A stretch of 64,000 nucleotides of DNA from contig NC_043005.1 in NCBI RefSeq assembly GCF_006345805.1, forward strand, positions 30,070,001 to 30,134,000, given 5' to 3'. The position numbers and the translations under genes were made by a program. Positions 52,794 through 64,000 of the stretch are shown here, piece by piece. The stretch's first letter is position 1. Every line of letters begins with the position of its first letter. The notes under the pieces are model-generated. The model did no database searches, was not told the DNA's origin, and saw only the letters and a list, made by a program, of their open reading frames with translations. Source of the DNA: Octopus sinensis. Lineage: Eukaryota.

Positions 52794-54255
52794 GCCACCG
52801 ACACAGGTGCCAGACAAGGCTGGCGAACGGCCACGCTCGGATGGTGTTTTTATGTGCCACCGACACAGGTGCCAGACAAGGCTAGCAGACGACCACGCTC
52901 GGATGGTGTTTTTTATGTGCCACCGACACAGGAGCCAGATTTGGCTGGCGATCGGCCACGATTGGATGGTGATTGTTACGTGCCCACAGCATGGAGGCCA
53001 GTCGGTGCGGTACTGGCTACGGCCACGTTCGGATGGTTTTCTTGTGTGCCACCGGCACTGGTACCACAAAGATACAAATTCCATTGATGTTCATCTATTT
53101 TGATTTTGTTTGATTTTGTTTGATTTTCACTTGCCTCAACAGGTCTTCACAAGTATCACAAGAAGGAAGGTATGCACAGGTGGCCTGACTACGTCCCAGG
53201 TAGGGGCCACGGGTTATGGCCTGACTAGTCTTGCCGGGTCTTCTCACGCACAGCATACTTCCATAGGTCTCGGTCTCTAGTCATTTCCTTGGTGAGACCT
53301 AAACTTCGTAGGTCGTGCTTCACCACTTCGTCCCAGGTTTTCCTGGGTCTACCTCTTCCACAGGTTCCCTCAACTGCTAGGGTGTAGCACTTTTGCACAC
53401 AACTATCTTCAGCCATTCTCGTCATATGAGCATACCAGCGCAGCCGTCTCTCTTGCACACCACAACCGACGCTTCTTAGGTTCAACTTTTCTCTCAAGGT
53501 ACTTACACTCTGACGATTATGAACACTGACATTACACATCCATCGGAGCATACTGGCTTCATTTCTTGCGAGCTTACGCATATCCTCAGCAGTCACGGCC
53601 CATGTTTCACTACCATGTAGCATGGCTGTACGTACACATGCATCATAAAGTCTGCCTTTTACTCTGAGCGAGAGGCCTTTTGTCACCAGCAGGGGTAAGA
53701 GCTCTCTAAACTTTGCCCAGGCTATTCTTACTCTAGCAGTTACACTTTCAGCACACCCACCCCCGCTACTAACTTGGTCTCCTAGGTAGCGGAAGCTATC
53801 AACTACTTCTAGTTTGTCTCCCTGGAACGTGGTAGAAGTTGGTCTCTGCACATTTCCAGTGTTTATTTCTCCTGAGCATCTGCCACATACGAAAACTATC
53901 TTCCCAGTTAGCCTACCTTTGACATTGCTGCACCTCTTATGTGTCCATAGCTTACACTTGGTGCACCTTATAGAGTTTCTACCTACACCTTTTTTACAGA
54001 TCGAGCAGGGCCATCTACCTGAAGTCGTTTGTGGTTGGTCCACCTTCCTACTTATTAGGACTTTGGTTTTGGCTAGGTTGATTCTAAGGCCCTTCGATTC
54101 TAATCCTTGTTTCCACACCTGAAACTTCTCCTCCAGTTCTGATAGTGACTCAGCAATTAGAGCAAGGTCATCAGCATAGAGGAGCTCCCAGGGGCATCCT
54201 GTCTTAAATTCTTCCGTTATTGCCTGGAGGACTATGATAAATAGGAGGGGGCTGA
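52302..54255 (-). mobile_element. 5'-truncated RTE-clade LINE with uninterrupted RT C-terminal frame, VNTR-bearing 3' UTR and (GAT)n tail
   Basis: ORF 53225-~54254 reads SPLLFIIVLQAITEEF...LLYADDLAL...FRYLG...LRWY. The 3' UTR (53224-52320) has 62-bp tandem units and ends in a gatgatgat tail. No clear TSD. Confidence 0.93.
52471..52976. repeat. 62-bp tandem repeat (8 units) within the RTE 3' UTR
   Basis: atgtgccaccgacacaggtgccagac... starts at 52471, 52533, 52595, 52657, 52719, 52790, 52852 and 52915. One unit carries an expanded poly(T). Confidence 0.95.
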
Positions 54256-54305
54256 AATACATACATGTGATCTTCAAATGTGTAAGTACGTGTTTGTGTG
54301 CAAGT

Positions 54306-55503
54306 GATGATCATGATATTGTTAGTAAAGCTTGAGTTATATGCAAATAGAATGATGATGGTGGTGGTTGTGATGATGATGATGATAGAGTAGGTAAGAA
54401 CGATAGTGAAGTGTTTATTGTAATTATGACTGAAGGTACACTCTCCTTCCTCTTTCCCCTCCAGGTACTTGTAAAGTTGAGTTTCAATAACAGAAATGCC
54501 ATCTTAACTGTGTAACAGAGGAGGTTAGAGGACACACACACACTTTACCAGATAATTTCCAGTTGCCATGGATATCTATTGAAATTGATCTTAATAACTT
54601 CCAAATGAGAAACTAAATTTCTTCCAGTGATGTCTCAGAATTCTCAAAAACTTGCTGATTTTATATTGAAGAATGTCAGTGAGTGGTATCTTGGACAAGT
54701 GTCTTCTCCTACAACTCCAGGATGACCCAAAACCTTGAGTGGATCTGATGAGCAAAAACTGAAAGCAGCTCATCGTATATCTGATCTCTTAATTGCTTCA
54801 GTCACTGAACAGTGGCCATGCTGGGGCAGTGCATTGAAGGGTTTTAGTCAAACAAATTAACCCCTGAACTTGGTTCTTCCTTTTTAAAACCTTGTACTTA
54901 TCCTATTGGCATGTGTTCTACCACAACTCGACAACCGGTGTTGGTTTGTTTATGCCTCCATAAACAAACTTAGTGATTCAGCACATAAGAGACTGACAGA
55001 ATAAATACCAAGCTAAAAAAAAAAAGTTCTAGGGTTAATTCATTCAAATAAAAACACTTCAAAGTGGTGCCCCAGCATGGCCACAGTCTAATGCTAAAAT
55101 AAGATGTGAACTGTTCTGTTGCTGGTAGGATGAACAGAAGAATTACTCCATCAAGCAAAAGATAGGTATCATTTAATGAGTACATGCTTCATATATGAGC
55201 TGCCATGAGTTTCATGCTCTGATTGTAGGACAGCATGGCAACTGCCTGCACTAGTGTTGCATGCTGTGTACACTCCCGCCATCTGAACAGGAAACCTTCA
55301 GCAGCTCATACATAAATCCTGTCTTTTTATATATATATATTATGTATATAATACACTCTCACAGTGGTTAGTGTTTGGAAGGGATGTAGAAACCATGCCA
55401 AATCAGACTGGAGTCTGGTGCAGCCTTTCAGCTTACCAGTCCTGGTCAAACGGTCCAACTCATGCCAGCATGAACAATGGATGTTAAATGATGATGATTT
55501 TAT

Positions 55504-55570
<67 letters not shown>

Positions 55571-55625
55571 TATATATACCCATATATATATATGCACACA
55601 CACACATATATATACACACATATAA

Positions 55626-55662
<37 letters not shown>

Positions 55663-55809
55663 TACATATAAATATATATATACACATATATACACACACA
55701 TACATATAAATATATATACACACATATATACACACACATACATATAAATATATATATATACACACACATACATATAAATATATATATACACACACATACA
55801 TATAAATAT

Positions 55810-55842
<33 letters not shown>

Positions 55843-56291
55843 CACACACATACATACATATAGCATAACTTCAGTTCCCTGACGGTAACGTAACATTAAC
55901 ATTCTTCAATATAAAATCAGCAAGATTTTGAGAAATCTGAGACATCACTGGAAGAAATTTAGTTTTTCATTTGGAAGTTATTAAGATCAATTTCAACAGA
56001 TATCCATGGCAACTGGAGATTATCTGGTAAAATGTGTGTGTATCCTCTAACCTCCTCTGTAACATAAACACAGTTAAGATGGCATTTCTGTTATCGAAAC
56101 TCAGCTTTACAAGTACCTGGAAGGGGAAGAGGAAGGGGAGTGTACCTTCAGTCATAATTTCAATAAACACTTCACTATCGTTCTTACCCACTCTATCATC
56201 ATCATCATCATCATCACTATTATAACCACCACCATCATCATCATTTTATCTACATATAACTTGAGCTTTACCAACAATATCAATGATCATC
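54306..56291. repeat. Local inverted duplication, arms 54306-54676 and 55899-56291
   Basis: The arms are reverse complements and give matching pseudo-ORFs (MCVSSNLLC...TLSSSSS) on opposite strands. The ~1.2-kb spacer holds SINEs and microsatellites. Confidence 0.92.
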
Positions 56292-56667
56292 ATCACCATT
56301 GATGTGTGTACACACACTCACACACACACACACATATATATATATATGAAGCCTGTGGGAGTGGAGGTGTATTTATACACACACATGAGTGGATCTGGGA
56401 GACAGAAACTGAAAGAAGCCATGTGTGTGTGTTTATTTTTTTTTTAACCACACCTATTAATTTTGCAACTAAATTTTATATTCTTTCTTATGTCTGAGAT
56501 GTAAGCACAACTGATTTTGATAATTGGCAGTGATGTACAGATTTGGAGGCAACTTATGTAATGCACACATAATTTGATAGATCTTTGCTTCTAAAACATG
56601 TTGTGCTGAAATGTGACTGTCAGTTGCTATTTTATATGTATATGTGTATGAGCATACATATATACAT

Positions 56668-57205
56668 TTATATAAAATTATGATTTAGGGTATCTAAGAG
56701 ATACCACTACGCTGGAAATAGCAGTCAAAACTTGACTCTAAAATCACATTAAATGTTCATACAGCACCAGGAGAGAAGACAAAGAGACAAAATAAACTAG
56801 CAAAAAGATTACTGGATAATTCCAGATCCTAGATTCCTGGCTCTGCATAAGAAATGCTCTGCCTTCATCAGTGGAATATACTCAGAAAGCACACAAATAC
56901 AAATATATATACATGCAACATACAATATACTTACATATACGAATGTATACATACATATATATGCATGTATGCACACAACCAGTGCTTTCTGAGTATATTC
57001 CACTGATGAAGGCAGAGAATTTCTTATGAAGAGTCAGAAATCCAGGATCTGGAATTATCCAGTAATTTTTTGCTAGTATATTTTGTCTCTTAGTCTTCTC
57101 TCCTGGTGCTGTATGAACATTTAATGTGGTTTTAGAGTCAAGTTTTGACTGCTATTTCCAGTGTGGTGGTATCTCTTAGATACCTTAAATTATAATTTTA
57201 AATAA
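56668..57205. repeat. Inverted repeat, ~225-bp arms (56668-56892 / 56982-57205), each with a hammerhead-like motif
   Basis: The arms are reverse complements around a ~90-bp CA/TA spacer. Confidence 0.92.
56998..57054 (+). ncRNA. Minimal type I hammerhead-ribozyme-like motif
   Basis: ttcca-CTGATGA-a-ggc...gtc-a-GAAA-tcc(a)gga-TC-tggaa. It has a 5-bp helix I, intact core boxes and an AUC triplet (predicted cut after 57049). Confidence 0.62.
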
Positions 57206-57369
57206 TTATTACCGTTGAAGGTTTTTATTTCCATGCTGGCCACCTGATAAGGCTGGTATTTAAATATCGATCTTATCCTTATTTATATATCTACATTTAT
57301 ATATATAGACACACACATATCCCTACATGCACTATTGCTGACATGGCCAATGACAGTACCACCTGATTG

Positions 57370-57825
57370 GCACTCATGCCAGTGGAACATTAAAAGCACC
57401 TTCCGAGCGTGATCGTTGCCAGGGCTGCTGACTGGCTCCCATGCTGGTGGCATGTAAAAAGCACCATTCTAGTGTGATCATTGCCAGCATTGCCTTACTA
57501 GCAGATGTGCCGGTGGCACATGAAAAACAATATTCAAGCATGGTCATTGTCAATGCTACTAGACTGGCTCCCATGCAGGTAGCACGTAAAAAACACCTTT
57601 TGAGCATGGTTGTTGCTAGTACCACCTGACTGGCCCTCATGCAGTGGTACATAAAAGCACCCACTACACTCTTGGAATGGTTGGTGTTAGGAAGGATATC
57701 CAGCAGTAGAAACTTTGCCAGATCAGATAGGAGCCTTGTGCAGCCTTCTGGCTTACCAGTCCTCAAACTGCCCAACCCATGCCAGCATGGAAAGCAGACG
57801 TTAAACAACGATGATGATGATGATT
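57370..57825 (+). mobile_element. 3' fragment of the RTE LINE family with diverged 62-bp-type units
   Basis: Several gtggcatgtaaaaagcacc-type units, then ggaaggatatccagc...ccatgccagcatggaaagcagacgttaaac and a (GAT)n tail. Confidence 0.75.
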
Positions 57826-57930
57826 ATATATATATATCTATATAAACTTTGATAGAGACAGCCTTTAACAATAACCTTCTCAAACACCTGGGATTTCTCT
57901 TCCTCCTGAATGACCACCTGTATGGTCTCC

Positions 57931-58104
57931 TTAACTCTTTAGCATTTAAACTGGCCAGATCTGGCCTCTCACACCTACCCTGCAATGTCATTGACACATC
58001 ATCAAAATCGCAGAACTACAGGATAATAATACATGATTAATTCAAAACAATATGAATAAACAAGCATTACATTTGACAGAGTAATCTGAACACTGAAGAA
58101 TTAA
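57931..58104. mobile_element. piggyBac-like MITE
   Basis: TTAA-ctctttagcatt ... aatctgaacactgaagaa-TTAA, with degenerate TIRs bounded by TTAA. Confidence 0.55.
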
Positions 58105-61089
58105 AACCCAATCAACTAGAAACACTCTCTCGTTGATCAGTGGGCCCTTGTCCAAGACTTGATGACAAAATAAGAAGACACATATATATGTACACACAAA
58201 CAAAACTAGTTTCTTTCAGTTTCTATCTAGCAAACCCGTTTGCAAGGCTTTGCTAATTCTTAAAACTTGGCAGAAACATGAATTGAGATTTGTTACTGAA
58301 TCAGGATGAAAGCTACAAACAAAATGAATGTCTTTTCCCAAAGCTTTATCCATGTAAATGATTAGCCTCAAACTAGATGTGGATCATGTACTCAGCTCAG
58401 CTGGATGCTCAGAACGTATTCTGTAGAATAAAGGACACAAGTCTGATGATAATTACATCATTTTAATTAATGAGTTTGATGAACTGTGGACTGTGTGACA
58501 TCAAACCTGATTTTCTTATAACATGTGTTACTGACTCTAACAACAACAATAACAATTATAAATAATGAGTTGATTACTGAAAGATATAGTTAATCAAGTC
58601 AATACTCTACCTCAATTAATTTACTTCATTTGTAGGAAAGAAAAAGTTAACAGTGAAACTAGTTGACCTTAAAACCATAGAGTAGTGAACTGGATACAAT
58701 TAATCGCTTAACAAGCAATAATTGATTAACACTAATAATTCTCGCATAAATCAATCAAATCAGAGAAACACAGGTCAACATGAGAGTCTCTTATGGTCAG
58801 GTAATCTGCTCGAAAGAGCAGACAAACTTATTTCAAATTATACCTTACACTTTTCAAGAAAGATAATGTGTTCTAACTGAAAAAGACAACAACAACAAAT
58901 GAAAGGAATCTAGCTGTCATTTAGCCCAAGGTCAGCTTTGATTGAGCAAACCTATATAAAACTAAAGGTGTTCCAGCCACGATCATCCTGTCTTTTTCAG
59001 ACAGCATCTAGGACTACATTATCTGATGTGTCTACATTTACCCAAGACTCTAGAGTGTATCTGTCAATTAAGCTTATGTTTAGTGTAAACTTTCTTCAGC
59101 TGAAGAATTATAAAATAGCAATCATCTTAATCCCCATCGTTTTAATGTCCATTTTTCCATGACTGCATAAGGTTTGTTGTTGCAGATATTCCACAGGTGG
59201 ATGCCCTTCCTTATGCTAACTGTCACCTGTTTCCAAATAAGGTAATATTTCCTCTTGGCCAGACATGTTTTTGTGGAAAGTTGGAAATGAAGGACGTCAT
59301 TTGTGTGATGGGGAGACTCATTTACAACTACTATGCAATGACAAGAAGATACAAACACTCACACATATATAACATACAATGGGATTCATACAGTTTCCAT
59401 CTGTCAAACCTGCTCACAAGGCTTTGGTCAACCTGGAGCAATAGTAGAAAGCACTTACCCAAGGTGCCATGCAGTGGGACTGAACCTGAAACCATGTGGT
59501 CGGGAAGCAAGCTTCTCAATCACACAGCCATACATGTTTGTGCCCAACAATATTTTAAACAAACAGAAGTGGTTGTTTAGTTGTAAACAACAGAATGACC
59601 TTCTTAAACTGGATTTGAATATATTTTCAGAAAGAGGGATCAGAGCAATTAGATGAGAATACACACCACTTTGCTAGACAGGATATGAATAATATAATAA
59701 TAATAATAATAATACAGGACTTAAACAGTAGCATTAATTACAAGGGTTTGAACTTATTTTAAAGTTGGGAGTTACTAACTGCGCTTTAACCATCGCATAT
59801 TAACATTAATACTAACTAAGCAAAGGTCAGTACTGCTACCAATGGCCAAGTAGCTGAAGTAATGGACAAAAGTATTCAAGTAATCTAGATTAAAACCTCA
59901 TTTTGCTGACTGTCCTCCCACTCCCTAACATTAGGGGGTCACAACTAACTCATCACTCCGAACATTATGAATCAAATTACAGGCTGCTAACATATATATG
60001 TCAGTAACATCATCACTTTACAACTGGCTCTTGTTACACAGAGCTAAACTAATAAAGTTTAAATATTTCAATTACTACAATTAAGGACACTGCTTAACAC
60101 AGTTGTTCTAATAAAATCACACATTTCTCATTAATAAAGTAACATAAGACATGCATGGTTGATTCAGCTCAGTTATCTAATATTTTTAAGAGGTCATGGG
60201 CCAACAGGTTTTTGGGATTTGACGATATGCCATGAGCCAACAGGTTTTGGGGATCTGACGATAAAGCTAAACCCTTTATGGATGAGAAACCTAAGGTAAT
60301 CCCATAAACAGGCCTTCCCCAATTTTACTAGGCATAACATTGCACACTCTTAGTTAACACATCTCTAATACACAACTGATTGGGTGTAACATTATAAACA
60401 CATTTCCTGGTTAATACAGTAACATAATGCATTTATACTAACAGAACTCTGCTGCCAAAATAGACATTACATTATTCTGTTATTTTACAAAGAGGTCAAT
60501 ATTCTATCTCATCAATACTTTTGACACTACAACAATTGTTAAGAATGTTCATTCTGGTACATACGGGTTTTAAACACACACAAAAATTCTACTGAAAGAG
60601 GACTGACCTAGGGCTTCATAGTAACAAAAACACATTGGATCAAGGCTGTATAACAACATATACATACACAGCTCTGCTGGTTAAGGGCCAATCTGGGGCT
60701 ATATACAACATTTATATAAATAGGTCTACCAAATAAGGGCTGACAAACAGTTACACCACAACATAAACACTTATAAGTCTGCTTAAAGACATATAAGTCT
60801 GCATAAAAACATATAAGTCAGCTGGTTAAGGGCTAACCTTGGGCTGTATAATAACATATACACAGTGGATCAAGACAATACAACAAACACACAGGTCAGC
60901 TAGTTAAGGGCTGACCTAGGGCCACATATAATATATCCATACATAAGTTTGCTCTATCAGGTCTGACATGGGGATATACAAGAACAAAAACACACAACTT
61001 GCATATGACAAAGTCATTACATTCCTAGTTGTTCTTAGGGTTCATAAAAGTTTCAAGAACTGATTACTAACTTTGTATTTTAACATAAT

Positions 61090-61700
61090 TGTAAAGACAT
61101 TCCGTAAACCATTTTTAGATTAGGACACTGCTGGAAAACTTTGTCTTTGTATTGTCATTTAATGAAAGATGCACTGAGGTAAGTTTCTCACTGTCTTCTA
61201 CAGACCCATCAAATGATTTTGAGTTCAGTACCACAAACTGATGAGTTATCTTCCAGCTTAATAAGGTAAACCCTACAGCAACAGGATATCTATTTATATG
61301 TAAGGGGCTGAGAATTGTCAAGTGTTTATTATCATGCTCATCACCACTAACTGTCTTCTTTCTAGCTACTTGCATCCACTCCTATACAATGCAGGGTAGC
61401 CATGTATCTCCTCTGTAGCAAGACACCTGAGTTTGTCCCTCTATCATACTTTAGTCTACACTTCACTGAGGAGGTTTTACACCTTTTCCTGTTCTGTCTT
61501 GCAAGTTACTCAATGACCTCAGTAGTCAGAGGCACAAAAAAGGAAAAAAAAAACAGTACATACTATAAAGTGGCTGATATTAAGAAGGGCATCCAGCTGT
61601 AAAAACATGACAAAGCTGATAGTGGAGCTTGATGCAACCCTGCAGCTCACCAGATCTTATTAGACTGTCTGCCCATGCCAACATAGGAAACAGACAATGA
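61090..61700 (-). mobile_element. Old RTE-like LINE fragment
   Basis: Decayed minus-strand frame (SGDEHDNKHLTILSPLHINRYPVAVGF...) followed by the family 3' UTR and (GAT)n tail. Confidence 0.45.
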
Positions 61701-63011
61701 TGATGATAACTATTCAAACTGGGTCACTTGACCAGAATATTCTCACTCCAGAGAGTTGTGACCCTCATCTCAACAGACACAAAATAACTGACACCAGTAG
61801 AAATTATGAGCAGAATGAGAGCAAATCTGGGTCCAACAATAGGAGATGATGAAAGTGTGAAGATGTCCATCATCTATACCATAATTTAGCATGTAGTTAA
61901 TTGAATTCTTTGTTTCAAACAACAGTGATGAATAATTGACAATTAAGGGCAGGTATGGTTGTGTGGTTAAGAAGTTTGCTTCTCAGTTACATGGTCTTGG
62001 GTTCAAGCCTAATGTGTAGCACCTTGAACAAGTGTCTTCTACCATAGCCCCAGGCCAACTAAGTTCTTTGTGAGTGGATTTGGTAGATGGTAACTGAAAG
62101 AAACCGGTCACATGCACATGTGTATGTATGTTTGTATCTCCTTGCCTGGACATTACATGATAGTTGTAAATGATTGCCCCATCAAACAAGCAATGTTGTT
62201 TGTTTCCAATCTTTCATTAAAAACACATCTGGCCAAGGAAAATATTACTTTGCTACGAAACAGCTGAGGGTTAGAAACAGGACGGACATCAGGCTATAGA
62301 TTATTTGCCTCAATAAATTCTGTCCAACCGATGCAATCATGGAAAAGTGGATGTTAAAACAATGATGATGAAGAAGTACAATAAATGGTTAAATCCTTGA
62401 CCATTGTTCATTATCAGAAATATCCAACTATTCTTTGAGGTGGCATGGTATTCATACCTCCTCCAAGAGTCTTAGTTACATAAATAAAATGAAAATAACT
62501 ACAAGCAAGTAGGTCTGGATCATAAACTCAACTCACTGAACACATTTAACTGGATGGACCTCATCAATCTCACAAATATGAGAGAAATAATTAGAGATCT
62601 ACTGTTGCTTACATCATGATTGGCATCATTGTTGTCATTTTAGCAGTCATTTTCTGTGCTTGCTCGAGTCAGATGCAATTTGTCGATGCCAGATATTTTA
62701 TGGTCGTCAATCCTCACCTGTTTCCAAGAAAAGTCATATTTCCCCCTGACCAGATATGTTTTCACAGAAGATTGAAAATGGAAGACACTTGTATGATAGT
62801 GGTACAACTACAACATGATATTAAGACAAAGAGAAAGACAAATGCACACATGCACACACACATTATGAGCTTCCTTTATTTTCTGTATACAAAATCTACA
62901 AGGTATTGGTCAGTCTGGAGCTGTAGTAGATGACACTTATTCAAGGTGCAGCCACAAAGTGAAACTGAACCCAGAACAATGTGGTTTCAAACCAGACAGC
63001 CATGTTTGCAC

Positions 63012-63070
<59 letters not shown>

Positions 63071-63082
63071 CAGATTTCATAT

Positions 63083-63161
<79 letters not shown>

Positions 63162-63601
63162 TTATTCTTTGCTTTTATTTTTCTACTTGTTTCAGTCATT
63201 TGACTGCGGCCATGCTGGAGCACCACCTTTAGTTGAACAAATTGACCCCAGGACTTATTCTTCGTAAGCTTAGAACATTATTCTATGAGCCGAGCCACTA
63301 AATTACAGGAATGTGAACACACCAACAGACACAAAATAATGGTGTGGGGAACAAACATAGACACACAAGCATATACACACACACATGTATACAACGGGCT
63401 TCTTTCAGTTTCTGTCTACCAAATCCACTCACACGGCTTTAGTTGGCCCAAAGTTATAGTATAAGACACTTGCCCCAAGGTGCCATGCAGTGGGACTGAA
63501 CCCAGAAACATGTGGTTAGTAAGCAAGCTACTTACCACACAGTCACTCCTGTGTCTAAATATATATATATATATATATATATTTACACATATGTATGTGT
63601 T

Positions 63602-63659
<58 letters not shown>

Positions 63660-64000
63660 TACAACCTTATAGCAGTTAGATACAGCCATAGCTTGGTCAG
63701 TCACTACCTCATATGTTCTTAAAATTTAAATCTACATCTTTGTCTGTATATCTACCTTCTCTATAATGTTGCTACTTGATTTGAAAGCTTTTGTATTATT
63801 GGAAAACCTATATAATTGGCTGATGAGCACTCAGCATATTAAATCTGTTGTAATACTTACAACTTTTAATAAAATGATGTAGTGCGAAACAATTGTACCA
63901 AATTACCGGAGTCATTCTTGTTGCTTATTTTGATTATAATCACCCCGCAAATTTTTATGGATAACACCATACAAAATTCTGGTGCATCTAAATTAAGTAT

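Noticed and set aside
52471-52976. Regularly spaced repeats superficially like a CRISPR array
   Set aside because: The units are contiguous tandem copies without unique spacers, in eukaryotic context inside a LINE UTR.
52333-53103. 256-aa repetitive ORF with Cys/His motifs
   Set aside because: It is the antisense reading of the RTE 3' UTR 62-bp VNTR and includes a poly-Phe from a T run.
62440-62490. Minus-strand ...GAGGAG|gtatga and similar sites (43300) as candidates for PITPNC1 exon 1
   Set aside because: The upstream frame has stops and lacks the conserved KEYRICMP motif.
62616-62933. 105-aa ORF with a signal-peptide-like start (MIGIIVVILAVIF...)
   Set aside because: Most of it is the common SINE/LINE-3' repeat, and there is no supporting exon structure.

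Overview
AT-rich, repeat-dense animal genomic DNA. The SINE/LINE families and (CA/TA)n load suggest an Octopus (inference from repeat motifs). Two genes are arranged tail-to-tail. The + strand carries only the last coding exon of 6-pyruvoyl-tetrahydropterin synthase (PTS, 1541-1691). The - strand carries coding exons 2-10 of a class II phosphatidylinositol transfer protein (PITPNC1/RdgB-beta, 39595 down to 9228), including an 8-nt microexon at 34113-34120. These exons join into one open frame of 243 aa plus stop. Its first exon was not found, so it probably lies beyond the window, making intron 1 larger than 24 kb. The rest is intronic or intergenic. It contains a 5'-truncated RTE LINE with an uninterrupted RT frame and a 62-bp VNTR in its 3' UTR, mariner/Tc1 relics, a non-autonomous Helitron, piggyBac- and pogo-like MITEs, and many SINEs. 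There are also several Penelope-type inverted repeats carrying minimal hammerhead-ribozyme-like motifs, a palindromic element in two copies with a flipped core, local duplications and a SINE-derived minisatellite. I see no evidence of a wholly new multi-gene system. The most notable items are the microexon, the hammerhead-like motifs and the high load of long hairpins in the PITPNC1 pre-mRNA.
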